DNA of 29,660 nt. Origin: a virus (Duplodnaviria; Caudoviricetes). Below, in pieces: positions 17,206 to 25,745 of this stretch. The stretch's first letter is position 1, and the number at the start of each line of letters is the position of its first letter. Made by a program: the position numbers and the translations under genes. The DNA is taken from IMG/VR virus record IMGVR_UViG_3300014775_001342, positions 1 to 29,660 of that record. The stretch is one strand, 5' to 3'. The notes below the pieces were generated by a model, which did not search any database, was not told the DNA's origin, and was given only the letters and a program-made list of their open reading frames with translations.

Positions 17206-19302
17206 CTATGATTGTTTACTTACTGGTGTACTTAGTTCTTGTACAGGAACTCCTTCTTTCATTGGTTTAGACTTTGATTCCTGCGGTGGTGCTGCCATCT
17301 GTTGCAACATCTGCAATTCATCTGATGGAACTTTGAAAAACAAAGGAAAATGATCGTTCATCATTAACTTTTGTCTAAATAAAGCATTTTTCTTTGCTCT
17401 AACCCACATATGATATTCAGTAACTGTTAAATGCTCAATCAATGCCTGTTGCCTATCACTTGGTACTTCCTCTTTAAATTGTCTCTCTTGCAACTTTTGT
17501 AAATGTATATCGTAGTGAGTAAGTAAATCCTCGTATGGTTTTGGTTCCTCTACTTTCTCCCCTGCCAATATAGATTCGTTTTCACTCTCTGCTGACTTTA
17601 CAGCGATTGTTACAATGTCTTTAAAAGACTCATCTGTTCCAAGGTCAAGCATTTCTACAACTTGCTTTTGAGAAATCATATTAGGAAATCCCATATTCAA
17701 ATCTAATAACGATTGTATTTTTGCAGGTTTACTATCTGGTAAAGATGAGGTGTTTTGTATTTTCACATCGTATTTTAAATCCTTACTACTTCTCTTAAAA
17801 GATTTAAGCATATAAGAATTATCTCTACCTAAGATTCTAATAGTTCTGTTGTCATCGTCACGATAGTATTGCTTCATAATATCTATTGTATCTTTAGCAA
17901 CTTCTTTTATTATAGTGTTGCGTTTTGCAACCCCATTATTTTCTCTTTCTTGTTCCTGCTCTAATAGGAATTGCAATGCAACCCCTGCTCTAATACCTGC
18001 AGGTGGAGTCCCTCTCGATATGCCATGAATACCAGATAGTTTTTGAATATTTACTTCCAACTTCTCCATATAGCTGAATACTTCTGGACTTGTCGGACTT
18101 GTATTCTCTAATCTCGGTGGAACGCCGCCTTTATATTCTACGACTGTCACCTCATTGTTTAGTGCGGATATTTTACACGCTCCTGCTGGCATGACCCATT
18201 TCGGAGCAGATGCGAGACCATGGTTTCTGGCAATTCCACTAGCTAGATTGTTGTAATGACGCTGTAACTGCCTAACTTGCGAGATAAAGCTTCTTGCGTG
18301 AAGTTCGGTTGGTACGTCTATATCCGTCAATCTTCTAAATGGCAGCCTTTCGTGCTTCAACGGATAATCCTCCATGCTTAAGACCGCATCTTTTACAAAT
18401 ACAATTTTCAATCCTTTTGGAAGAAATTTTGTTGGTTTGTGCCAGAATGTTTTTATGCAAATATTGCCAGTACTCTTAGTTTCAGCAATAGAACCAGTGT
18501 CGTAATGATGATGACCTTGTTCACGGATAAATTCCTGCTTCTTTGGATAAAGTGCTTTGACTTCTTCTTTTGGTTTATACTCAAGTTCAGTAACATTGCA
18601 AACTTTATGCCAACTATTTACCTCTAACTCTGGATACACTCTGTCAGGTGCTAGGATTTCGTAATCAACGTCACCGACTTTAACTGGAAACTCTAAATTG
18701 ATTGTTTCTGATTGGTCAGTTTTTATGCTGACTTTATTATTGCTTGCCCTTCTTTGGAAGTAAGGATCTACTTGTCCTATTTCATCATTCCAATATGTTT
18801 TAATATATGCTTCGCCAAAAATATAAGCAGTTCTTTGTAACTCTCTGAAAAAACCATCAATATCAACTTCTTGCCATCGAGTATCTACAAGCATTTTGTA
18901 TGTTTTCGATAATATCTTGTCGTTATACTCATCGGCATTTTGAGGCAATACTGCAATAGCAGGTCTGAACCGTGACATTTTGGCAGTTTTATTCTCAACC
19001 ATATCATAGATATGATTTACAACAACCTTAGGATTACGAACGCTTCTGTCACCAGAGTCTCGTCTAAAATCTTGATTTCTAGTTTCCTGACTTCTGTAAT
19101 GTATGCCTTTGTATAAGGCTAATTGCTCACGGTATATTCTAATTCTTGAATCGGCTTTCTTCACCTTGTTATCAAAGTCTTTATTTAGCCATTTTAATAC
19201 TTCTCTTTCGTCATCAAGCTTTATAGCCCATATAGGAGGAACGTCTTTATATTCAAGCTCCCCTTCTAACTCAAAATCATCAAAAGTAGTCCCGTAACTC
19301 AT
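17206..19302 (-). CDS. Portal protein
   Basis: 698 aa after terL; VVVNHIYDMVE, QLQRHYN, LSGIHGISRG...AGVAL motifs of P22-like portals. Confidence 0.88.
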   Translation of the reverse strand: MSYGTTFDDFELEGELEYKDVPPIWAIKLDDEREVLKWLNKDFDNKVKKADSRIRIYREQLALYKGIHYRSQETRNQDFRRDSGDRSVRNPKVVVNHIYDMVENKTAKMSRFRPAIAVLPQNADEYNDKILSKTYKMLVDTRWQEVDIDGFFRELQRTAYIFGEAYIKTYWNDEIGQVDPYFQRRASNNKVSIKTDQSETINLEFPVKVGDVDYEILAPDRVYPELEVNSWHKVCNVTELEYKPKEEVKALYPKKQEFIREQGHHHYDTGSIAETKSTGNICIKTFWHKPTKFLPKGLKIVFVKDAVLSMEDYPLKHERLPFRRLTDIDVPTELHARSFISQVRQLQRHYNNLASGIARNHGLASAPKWVMPAGACKISALNNEVTVVEYKGGVPPRLENTSPTSPEVFSYMEKLEVNIQKLSGIHGISRGTPPAGIRAGVALQFLLEQEQERENNGVAKRNTIIKEVAKDTIDIMKQYYRDDDNRTIRILGRDNSYMLKSFKRSSKDLKYDVKIQNTSSLPDSKPAKIQSLLDLNMGFPNMISQKQVVEMLDLGTDESFKDIVTIAVKSAESENESILAGEKVEEPKPYEDLLTHYDIHLQKLQERQFKEEVPSDRQQALIEHLTVTEYHMWVRAKKNALFRQKLMMNDHFPLFFKVPSDELQMLQQMAAPPQESKSKPMKEGVPVQELSTPVSKQS

Positions 19303-19380
19303 TTTTACCCCTTAAGATAGGCGAAACCTCATTGCCTAAACCAGTACAGCCCTATCTGCTATCTGTACCTTCCCCACATT

Positions 19381-19593
19381 TTATAGAGAATCGTATTCTT
19401 CTTCTTCCCAACCCTCAGAAAGCTTTTCAGTCAGTGTCTTTGTGTCCTGTGCATCAGCCATTGTGACACCTCTCCATTCTATTTTATGCGTAGATAGACG
19501 ATGCCCTATCCATAAGGATAATGCCGCTATCGACACAACAAAATTTACTACGGTCAATACAAGACAAGCTATTAACATTGCGTCATTATTCAT
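19381..19593 (-). CDS. Small single-TM membrane protein (start revised to ATG 19593)
   Basis: GGGGAGG RBS before MNNDAML; hydrophobic segment LIACLVLTVVNFVVSIAALSLWI; overlaps the terL stop. Confidence 0.7.
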   Translation of the reverse strand: MNNDAMLIACLVLTVVNFVVSIAALSLWIGHRLSTHKIEWRGVTMADAQDTKTLTEKLSEGWEEEEYDSL

Positions 19594-21067
19594 AAAAATC
19601 CTCCCCAAGAACTTTGACTGTCCAATCACCATGTTCTTTATAATTTAACCTATCATCTTGCATAGTGACAAATCTTGGCTTTTGAACTTCATCCCTAGTG
19701 TCAATTCGCTCATGACTTGGCACCTGAGTGTAATAGTTTGCACCATTTGTATATCTTTCACAATCAAGTAAATGGTCATTCTCTTTAGGTATTTTACCAT
19801 TTTTATCTTTAATGTAATTAACGGTTTCAAAAATCAACTTTTCGCAACCAGATGAACATAACCAGAAACCATACAGCATCTGATCTTTGATTAATGATAT
19901 ACCGTGCTCTTTTTTGTCTCTTTGTTTATGGGTGGGCGCAAAGAAGATACCATTACCTTCGCCAAATACAAGCTCAGTAGCGTCATGTATTTCCGTTTGA
20001 AACCATTTTTCAGCTTCATCGTATGTAAAATTCCATTTATCATATCTAGGATTCCATTCTAATAACTTTTCACTGATTTTCTTCCACATTCTTCTGGTAG
20101 AAGTCTCTTTAGTATCAGATACATATAGCTCATCAACATGGTAAACAACTCTAGTATATCTATTGATTGCTGTAAATAATACGGCAAAAACAGATGCAGA
20201 AGCAGGGTCGGCAGTACAATACCAATCTAGAGCCCTAAATTCACGCTGTATGCGTTTTTTCATCTCTTCCTTAGGCAATACGTGCTTTTCCCTGTCAAAC
20301 ATCGGATAGATGGCATTTTTACCGCCTTTTACACGTTTTGCTTCGTACTCTCGATACCAAACATCTAACTCACCTCTAAGCCTTAACCTTTCCTTAGTTT
20401 TCGCAAGCCATTCTTTACTTATGTGAGGATTGGAAGATGATGGATAATTAAACCATGCACCATCTGGATCTATCATGACGCTATCGGCTAATTTTATGTA
20501 ATGATTATCGTCACTTTCTGGAGGAGTCCCAATTACTAGTAGCGGTGCAGTGTAAGTCGCAAGGTTTGGCTCCATTCTTTCGTGAAATTTAGGGTGGTGA
20601 TCTTTAAACTCGTCATAAGCCATAAAATGAGGGTTAATACCATCATATGCGATATAATTGTCACTACCATCAAGTTTTATAAAACTGCCATTAAAACCAA
20701 ATTTTATACGCATCTCAGAATTGTTAATACTGATCTTGTACTTATTTCTCATTTGCTTATTTAAAAAGAACTGTAGTCGGTTATTAGCCCATATCAGTTC
20801 TTTCGCCTGTTTTAAAAATGGAGCAATAAAGTAACACGCTGCGTTTGGTGTTGTCATAGCTGCTCTATACAGGCAATAAATAACAAAGTCGGTTTTGCCG
20901 TATTTACGTCCACACTCTAAGAAAATAAATTGCTTACCGTCATAGAATAATGCTTTTCCTGGGCTTAACTGTCCTTCGTGCGGTGACCAAATATCATGCA
21001 AGTCTTTCAGTATTGCCGCTTGAAGTTCTAGTGCGTTTAGTAGTTGTTTTTTCTCGTTTTCAGCCAT
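19586..21067 (-). CDS. terL: Terminase large subunit
   Basis: Walker A CGRKYGKT, Walker B FMAYDE, coupling motif IGTP, nuclease acidic residues TADP and NDHLLDCERY. Confidence 0.95.
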   Translation of the reverse strand: MAENEKKQLLNALELQAAILKDLHDIWSPHEGQLSPGKALFYDGKQFIFLECGRKYGKTDFVIYCLYRAAMTTPNAACYFIAPFLKQAKELIWANNRLQFFLNKQMRNKYKISINNSEMRIKFGFNGSFIKLDGSDNYIAYDGINPHFMAYDEFKDHHPKFHERMEPNLATYTAPLLVIGTPPESDDNHYIKLADSVMIDPDGAWFNYPSSSNPHISKEWLAKTKERLRLRGELDVWYREYEAKRVKGGKNAIYPMFDREKHVLPKEEMKKRIQREFRALDWYCTADPASASVFAVLFTAINRYTRVVYHVDELYVSDTKETSTRRMWKKISEKLLEWNPRYDKWNFTYDEAEKWFQTEIHDATELVFGEGNGIFFAPTHKQRDKKEHGISLIKDQMLYGFWLCSSGCEKLIFETVNYIKDKNGKIPKENDHLLDCERYTNGANYYTQVPSHERIDTRDEVQKPRFVTMQDDRLNYKEHGDWTVKVLGEDFYE

Positions 21068-21332
21068 TTTGCCTCATTTTATAAATTGACTTTTCGTGAC
21101 AAGTCCGTAAAATGGTGGGTGGTTGGGGAATTAATTTATCTATAATTCCTTCTAGATACATATAAAGTTTACATTCTTTTTTCTTTTCTTTTTTGGAGGA
21201 TTGTAACTGAGATTGAACACAGCTTTGATTTAAAGTTATAATCCAAGGGCTTTTCTTCTTCTTTTTTCTTGGTGGGTATAGTTTTACCTTTGTTTCATTT
21301 TTAAATAACAACGAGCTTTTGTGGTGCATCAT
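21060..21332 (-). CDS. Doubtful 90-aa ORF between terS and terL
   Basis: TAATG-coupled start and 8-nt overlap with terL support it; low-complexity Lys runs and overlap with an opposite-strand promoter and hairpins argue against. Confidence 0.3.
   Translation of the reverse strand: MMHHKSSLLFKNETKVKLYPPRKKKKKSPWIITLNQSCVQSQLQSSKKEKKKECKLYMYLEGIIDKLIPQPPTILRTCHEKSIYKMRQNG
21086..21130 (+). promoter_or_regulatory. Promoter-leader unit copy A (antisense to the late operon)
   Basis: TTGACT-16 bp-TAAAAT-GGTGGGTGGTTGGGGAA; homologous to 25746-25790 on the minus strand. Confidence 0.65.
21120..21270 (+). ncRNA. Candidate structured antisense small RNA
   Basis: Downstream of promoter A; hairpins at 21125-21151 and 21198-21244 whose G-U pairs form only on the + strand; U-rich tract at 21251-21270. 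Confidence 0.4.
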
Positions 21333-21904
21333 TAATCCTTATCTACTACTTTAGCTTCTGTAGGATATATACCAAAAGCAAATGGATCATCTTGTAAAAT
21401 CTTTTTAGCTTGTTGTGGTGTCAAGCCTGATTGATTGATAATCTCTGTTGCTTGACCACTCTCCAAGCGAGCTATGCGGTCTAGACTAGCGATAATCTCA
21501 GCAATACTTCTAATTTCACCAACTGATAACTTCTTTAAACCGCTTTCGACTTCATCTTTAATCGTTAATAAACCATCTTGAATCAAACTAAGTGCAATAC
21601 CGCCAGTTTTTTCTAATTGATCGTATTTTTTCTTAATAAATAGGTCTATAACTGTATCAGTATTGGCTTCTCGCATACGAAACCAACACGTTTTTTGATC
21701 TCCCTTACGATTTGTACCCAAGATCCAATATCTCAACACATCTTCGTCTATATTTATTGCACGATTAATGGATTCTATCTCCATTCCGCTAAAATACATG
21801 GTTTTTGCTTGTCTTTTGAGCTTACTTGGCACAAGTTTTGCCCGCTCAACAGCGTTACCGTATCTCTGAATCTGATTCTTCTCTGTATCTGTCTTCTTCG
21901 GCAT
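21332..21904 (-). CDS. terS: Terminase small subunit (probable start ATG 21904)
   Basis: Upstream of terL; N-terminal HTH-like AKTMYFSGMEIESINRAINIDEDVLRYW; helical oligomerisation region ending LDRIARLESGQATE; GAGG RBS before MPKK. Confidence 0.65.
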   Translation of the reverse strand: MPKKTDTEKNQIQRYGNAVERAKLVPSKLKRQAKTMYFSGMEIESINRAINIDEDVLRYWILGTNRKGDQKTCWFRMREANTDTVIDLFIKKKYDQLEKTGGIALSLIQDGLLTIKDEVESGLKKLSVGEIRSIAEIIASLDRIARLESGQATEIINQSGLTPQQAKKILQDDPFAFGIYPTEAKVVDKD

Positions 21905-22127
21905 AAAATTCTTCCTCATCTACCCATCGGGGAGGCGAACAAAAGTAACAAAATATACTATTAAAATCCTTAATTAAAGTAGAACGCCTTTCAGCACGCT
22001 CAACCTGTTCATCTGTTAAATCGTAAACATTAATCCGATCGTAATTCAGATGCCTATATGGTTCAGATACTATAATCAGATACAAACTAAACCATAATAA
22101 CAAAATAATACTACTGGTAGCTCTCAT
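21855..22127 (-). CDS. Hypothetical protein with an N-terminal hydrophobic segment
   Basis: IILLLWFSLYLIIV segment; overlaps neighbours at both ends, so uncertain. Confidence 0.4.
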   Translation of the reverse strand: MRATSSIILLLWFSLYLIIVSEPYRHLNYDRINVYDLTDEQVERAERRSTLIKDFNSIFCYFCSPPRWVDEEEFYAEEDRYREESDSEIR

Positions 22128-22299
22128 CTACTTCCATTGTCCCTTTTAAAAGAGCGTAATACTTCTTATTTTCAAGCAACCTCTCCTGTAACATACGAAT
22201 AGTATTCTTAGGCGCATGACCATGATAACCACTTTCGTACGCCTCAAGCATATTCTCTAACTCCATAATCCTCTTTGTAACTATCGCTAATACTGACAT
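22111..22299 (-). CDS. Hypothetical protein
   Basis: GAGG RBS; helical, 62 aa. Confidence 0.6.
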   Translation of the reverse strand: MSVLAIVTKRIMELENMLEAYESGYHGHAPKNTIRMLQERLLENKKYYALLKGTMEVDESYQ

Positions 22300-22449
22300 A
22301 AAACCTCGGTTTTTAGTTTTGATAAAAAAATTGCGGTGGGGATATACCTTTTTTTACCCCCTCCCCCCTGCGCTCATACCCCCCTAAAAAAGCTCTCTTT
22401 CTATTATCCTCTGGTAAAACTCTCCAAGTCGCTGAAATTATTACATATT

Positions 22450-22680
22450 TTACGACTCTGAAACAGTACTCCCCTCTATTTTCGGGGCATTCGACATCTC
22501 TATACATTGTTCCATTAGGTTACGGAGAGTCGAAGGAGAAAGGTTGTGGAGTTGTTCGTCAAGCTTTGACATTAATTGGCGTAGTAACTCTTGGTGCGCT
22601 CTATCGTGGATCAAGTCAGTTGTTTGTGTGTGTGGTAGATGTTCTTTTATGATTGTTTCTAGTTGCTTTATCTTTTCCAT
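22450..22680 (-). CDS. Hypothetical protein, first gene of the leftward unit
   Basis: G-rich RBS before ATG. Confidence 0.6.
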   Translation of the reverse strand: MEKIKQLETIIKEHLPHTQTTDLIHDRAHQELLRQLMSKLDEQLHNLSPSTLRNLMEQCIEMSNAPKIEGSTVSES

Positions 22681-22854
22681 ATTTCCCCCCTTTCATTCCT
22701 CTATTTTATGACAACTAGCTCAAATTATACAAATATCACACATTTATTTTTTTTTATTTTACTGCACTTTTCTTCTTTACACACAAAAGGCATTTTAGTA
22801 TATATTGACAAAAAACACTTTTATTAACCATCACAAAACAGGAGAAACAAAACG
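22681..22854. promoter_or_regulatory. Divergent promoter region between late and early arms
   Basis: AT-rich strand switch; + strand TTTACA-17-TATATA near 22776-22804; minus-strand TATAAT and TAAAAT hexamers upstream of 22680. Confidence 0.5.
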
Positions 22855-23145
22855 ATGGAAACAATTACAAACAAAACTCAAGGGCTTATTCAAAGAACCA
22901 AAAAGCAATGGAAAGATGCAGCTTCACAAAATGAAACGATCATCAAGCTAAAAACACGGGCAAACACTGAAAAAATACGTTTAAAATTTGAAGTGAATGA
23001 ACTACATGAAGCGTTGCTTCTTGCTTATTATGAAGACAATAAAACATACAATGACCGTTTAGACGATGCTATCGAGCGACTACAAAAATCACTAACTGAC
23101 TTAATTGATACTCGCAAGTTAATCAAATACATTGAGAGCAAGTAA
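22855..23145 (+). CDS. Hypothetical early protein (coiled coil)
   Basis: CAGGAG RBS; TAATG-coupled to the next gene. Confidence 0.7.
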   Translation: METITNKTQGLIQRTKKQWKDAASQNETIIKLKTRANTEKIRLKFEVNELHEALLLAYYEDNKTYNDRLDDAIERLQKSLTDLIDTRKLIKYIESK

Positions 23146-23744
23146 TGTTACACGTTACAACTAAAATGAATGGTAAAATGGATATGATGCAAAGCATAAG
23201 CAGTGGGTTTTCTGAGGCATGTTATAAACGTGCTTCAGATCCCGACTCGCCTTGTCATGGTTGTTATTCAATTAAAATGATGAAACGCTACAAAAATGCG
23301 TCAATATGCTTTGAAAATAATTCAGATATTTTAAAAGGTAGAATCTTGGAAAGGCACGAACTTCCAACCATAAACGCTGCCTTTTTTCGTTTTAACGCCC
23401 ATGGTGAAATTGAAAATAAGACGCAAGTTTTGAACTTTTTTAATATTTGTAAAAAGAATAAATTCACTAATTTTGCATTGTGGACACATGACCCGAAAAT
23501 AGTGCATCAAGCGTTAAAAGAACAAAAAAAGCCTAAAAATTTACGGTTGATTTATTCAAGCCAAAAGTTAAACAAAATTGATAAATTGCCTAAAAATTTT
23601 GACAAAGTTTTTACCGTTTTTACGAAAAAATACGCTGAAAGTAACCAAATTGGTATCAACTGCGGGCATAAAAAATGTATTGAATGCTTACAATGCTATA
23701 AACCAAACGACAAAAATACTTTTATTAACGAGCTAAAAAAATAG
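23145..23744 (+). CDS. Gp88-like Cys-rich protein
   Basis: NGKM, C-x9-CxxCY, FRFNAHGE, FALWT and C-terminal C-x4-CxxCxxCY match the recalled phage Gp88 family pattern. Confidence 0.7.
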   Translation: MLHVTTKMNGKMDMMQSISSGFSEACYKRASDPDSPCHGCYSIKMMKRYKNASICFENNSDILKGRILERHELPTINAAFFRFNAHGEIENKTQVLNFFNICKKNKFTNFALWTHDPKIVHQALKEQKKPKNLRLIYSSQKLNKIDKLPKNFDKVFTVFTKKYAESNQIGINCGHKKCIECLQCYKPNDKNTFINELKK

Positions 23745-23752
23745 GAGAAATT

Positions 23753-23971
23753 ATGGGAAGTAGAACAAGCGCAAAAACTAAAACAGTCAAAAGTGAGTAT
23801 ATTTTAAACGGAAAAGTTAGAATTACTTTTAAAAATGGTTCTTACTTTGTTGATTATGGAATTATAAAAGATTCTTTTTTAGTAACAAATAGACATGATT
23901 TTTATATGTCATTAATAAGCAATATGTCACACTACTACGCTGAAAAAATAACAAACCATTTTTTTAAATAG
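23753..23971 (+). CDS. Hypothetical early protein
   Basis: TAGGAG RBS. Confidence 0.7.
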   Translation: MGSRTSAKTKTVKSEYILNGKVRITFKNGSYFVDYGIIKDSFLVTNRHDFYMSLISNMSHYYAEKITNHFFK

Positions 23972-23979
23972 GAGAAATT

Positions 23980-24144
23980 ATGCAAACAAAAGAACAACTA
24001 CAAAAGACAATAGACTATGCGCTTAAACGTGCTGAAGTTTACAGAACAACCAAAGACGGAAGTTATGGCGCAGCGTTAGACGCCTATGGTTATTTTACAG
24101 CATTAAAAGAGTTAACAAAGCTAAACGAAAAGGAAAAGAAGTAA
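23980..24144 (+). CDS. Hypothetical 54-aa early protein (below the ORF-track cutoff)
   Basis: TAGGAGAAATTATG start; MQTKEQLQKTIDYALKRAEVY...KEKK; stop TAATG-coupled to 24144. Confidence 0.8.
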   Translation: MQTKEQLQKTIDYALKRAEVYRTTKDGSYGAALDAYGYFTALKELTKLNEKEKK

Positions 24145-24389
24145 TGTCATGTAAATATTGTAAAAACTTAGAACAAAATAGCACTGACTTTTTTAAGTCA
24201 AGAGCAATAGACTTCGACGACTTTACGCTTAATAAAAGTGACTTTATAGGCGACATATCCCAAAGTGTAGCGATTGACTTACAAGACCACTTGGAAAGCT
24301 TAGGTTTTGATTGTGAGATTATTCAAGACACGAACGAACAAGATCAAATATGTGACAATGACGATCATTGCGCTATTAAAAAACTTTAA
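24144..24389 (+). CDS. Hypothetical acidic protein, possible Zn binder
   Basis: N-terminal CKYC and C-terminal C-x4-HC; coupled start. Confidence 0.65.
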   Translation: MSCKYCKNLEQNSTDFFKSRAIDFDDFTLNKSDFIGDISQSVAIDLQDHLESLGFDCEIIQDTNEQDQICDNDDHCAIKKL

Positions 24390-24403
24390 AACAGGGGAAA
24401 ATT

Positions 24404-24697
24404 ATGGATATTTTAAGTTTATTCCACGCAACACAAAAGCAACAAAAAGAGTTAATGCAATTTATTGACGACTCGATTGACACGGTAAAAATGCATGAAA
24501 TTATTGACGAAAAATATAGCAAAAAAATAAATTTATCACTTCTGGAGCATAAAGATAATCTTTTCCAGATGAGGGCATTACTAAAAAAACAAATGGAAGA
24601 AAGTAAAAAGTTTTTAGACAATGATATCAATAACTATTACGTCGCATTTAAAAAGAATCTAGAAAATAATCACGTCGAATTATGGGGAAATTATTAA
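24404..24697 (+). CDS. Hypothetical early protein
   Basis: CAGGGG RBS. Confidence 0.7.
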   Translation: MDILSLFHATQKQQKELMQFIDDSIDTVKMHEIIDEKYSKKINLSLLEHKDNLFQMRALLKKQMEESKKFLDNDINNYYVAFKKNLENNHVELWGNY

Positions 24698-24900
24698 TGT
24701 TAACTTTAGAGGATAAAGAAAGAATCAAAAAAAGAACTTTAGAGCAAGACAAGCAAGCTTTTAATTTATGGCAAAAAGTAAACAATGATAAGCATTTAAC
24801 TTTGCTTGATGCGTGGCTTTGCGCTTGCAATTACAAAGAGGAACAAAACAAAGAGTTGTTAGGTTTATTAATGCAAATTGAAAGGAATAAAAAACTATGA
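24697..24900 (+). CDS. Hypothetical early protein (start revised to ATG 24697)
   Basis: TAATG coupling with GGGG upstream; same frame as track ORF 24682-24900. Confidence 0.65.
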   Translation: MLTLEDKERIKKRTLEQDKQAFNLWQKVNNDKHLTLLDAWLCACNYKEEQNKELLGLLMQIERNKKL

Positions 24901-25211
24901 ATGAAAACAAAGAAAATTGGGATTTTTTAGGACAAACAAAAACAATTAAGGTCCGTAAAAGAAAAGCGGGTAAGTTAATCCGTTTTATAATGGATAATGA
25001 CTGGCAAGCTTTAAACCGTCGCATAAAAGTAAGACGCTCGAAACATAGAAACGGCATGTTTTATGAATTTATTAATCCAATTGATAAGGAAATCTTTTGG
25101 CGTGTATTCAACCGTAAATCAAAAGAAAAGTTAATATCTCAAGATAAACTAGACTTTTTTAAGCTTTGCGGTTTACGTTTCTATTTAGTTAGAAGTGAAG
25201 AAGAAATATAA
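24897..25211 (+). CDS. Hypothetical basic protein
   Basis: ATGA overlap, AAGGA RBS, K/R-rich; followed by a terminator. Confidence 0.65.
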   Translation: MNENKENWDFLGQTKTIKVRKRKAGKLIRFIMDNDWQALNRRIKVRRSKHRNGMFYEFINPIDKEIFWRVFNRKSKEKLISQDKLDFFKLCGLRFYLVRSEEEI

Positions 25212-25243
25212 TGAATTAATTTATTTTTATTTTTTTTACTGTT

Positions 25244-25275
25244 AAGAGGGGAAGTTTTTACTTTCCCTTTTTTTT
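25244..25275 (+). terminator. Intrinsic terminator closing the early cluster
   Basis: AGGGGAAGU-UUUU-ACUUUCCCU stem followed by a U run. Confidence 0.85.
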
Positions 25276-25420
25276 GCCTAGGTGGAGACACTGCGGGCTT
25301 GCAATATTCATAAGACTAACAACAAATATTTCTCGCATAGTTCTTTGCTTGTTTGTTACCTTTCTTAATTCTACGAGATAACTCTTATTTTCTTTTCTTT
25401 TAACCTGAAAAAGGGCGCTG

Positions 25421-25605
25421 CTTTGCACAAGAAAACGCCAAGTGTTGTTCGTATTGCAGTGATATGCACAAAATTGGGTGTTTTATAGGTGATTTACAGG
25501 TGATTTATGCACAAGGTTTTTTTGCTCAAGGTTTAAAATAGTCGATCATTGGGAAAGTAGTTTTCTCAAATTGCCACTGGAATAAACTACCTCGCACTGC
25601 ACAAG
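25421..25605. repeat. Origin-like repeats: three tandem 11-mers and four TGCACAA boxes
   Basis: GGGTGTTTTAT / AGGTGATTTAC / AGGTGATTTAT at 25476-25508; TGCACAA at 25424, 25465, 25508, 25598. Confidence 0.6.
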
Positions 25606-25745
25606 CCCCCGTTTTTACTCACTTACTAGCCTAGCGCAAAGCGCAACATAAGATTGACTACTAGAAACAATGAAAGATAACGGAATTGCACTGATTTTCT
25701 TGACTATTCTTAAAAGGAATTATCTTTTAAAATAAGGTATTAGAT

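Noticed and set aside
1257-20764. Plus-strand and alternate-frame ORFs in the track within the late module (e.g. 1257-1493, 8312-8755, 12112-12483, 12679-13053, 9844-10110)
   Set aside because: They overlap well-supported genes and look like antisense or frame shadows
22313-22507. 64-aa minus-strand ORF
   Set aside because: Overlaps 22450-22680, lacks a clear RBS and runs through homopolymer tracts
24376-25057. Minus-strand ORFs 24376-24630, 24648-24830, 24761-25057
   Set aside because: Antisense to coupled plus-strand genes that have good RBSs
25476-25508. CRISPR-like mini-array
   Set aside because: Repeats are 11 bp, contiguous and have no spacers; no cas genes
25654-25725. Two + strand TTGACT hexamers as promoters for ORF 25814
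   Set aside because: No convincing -10 at 16-18 bp
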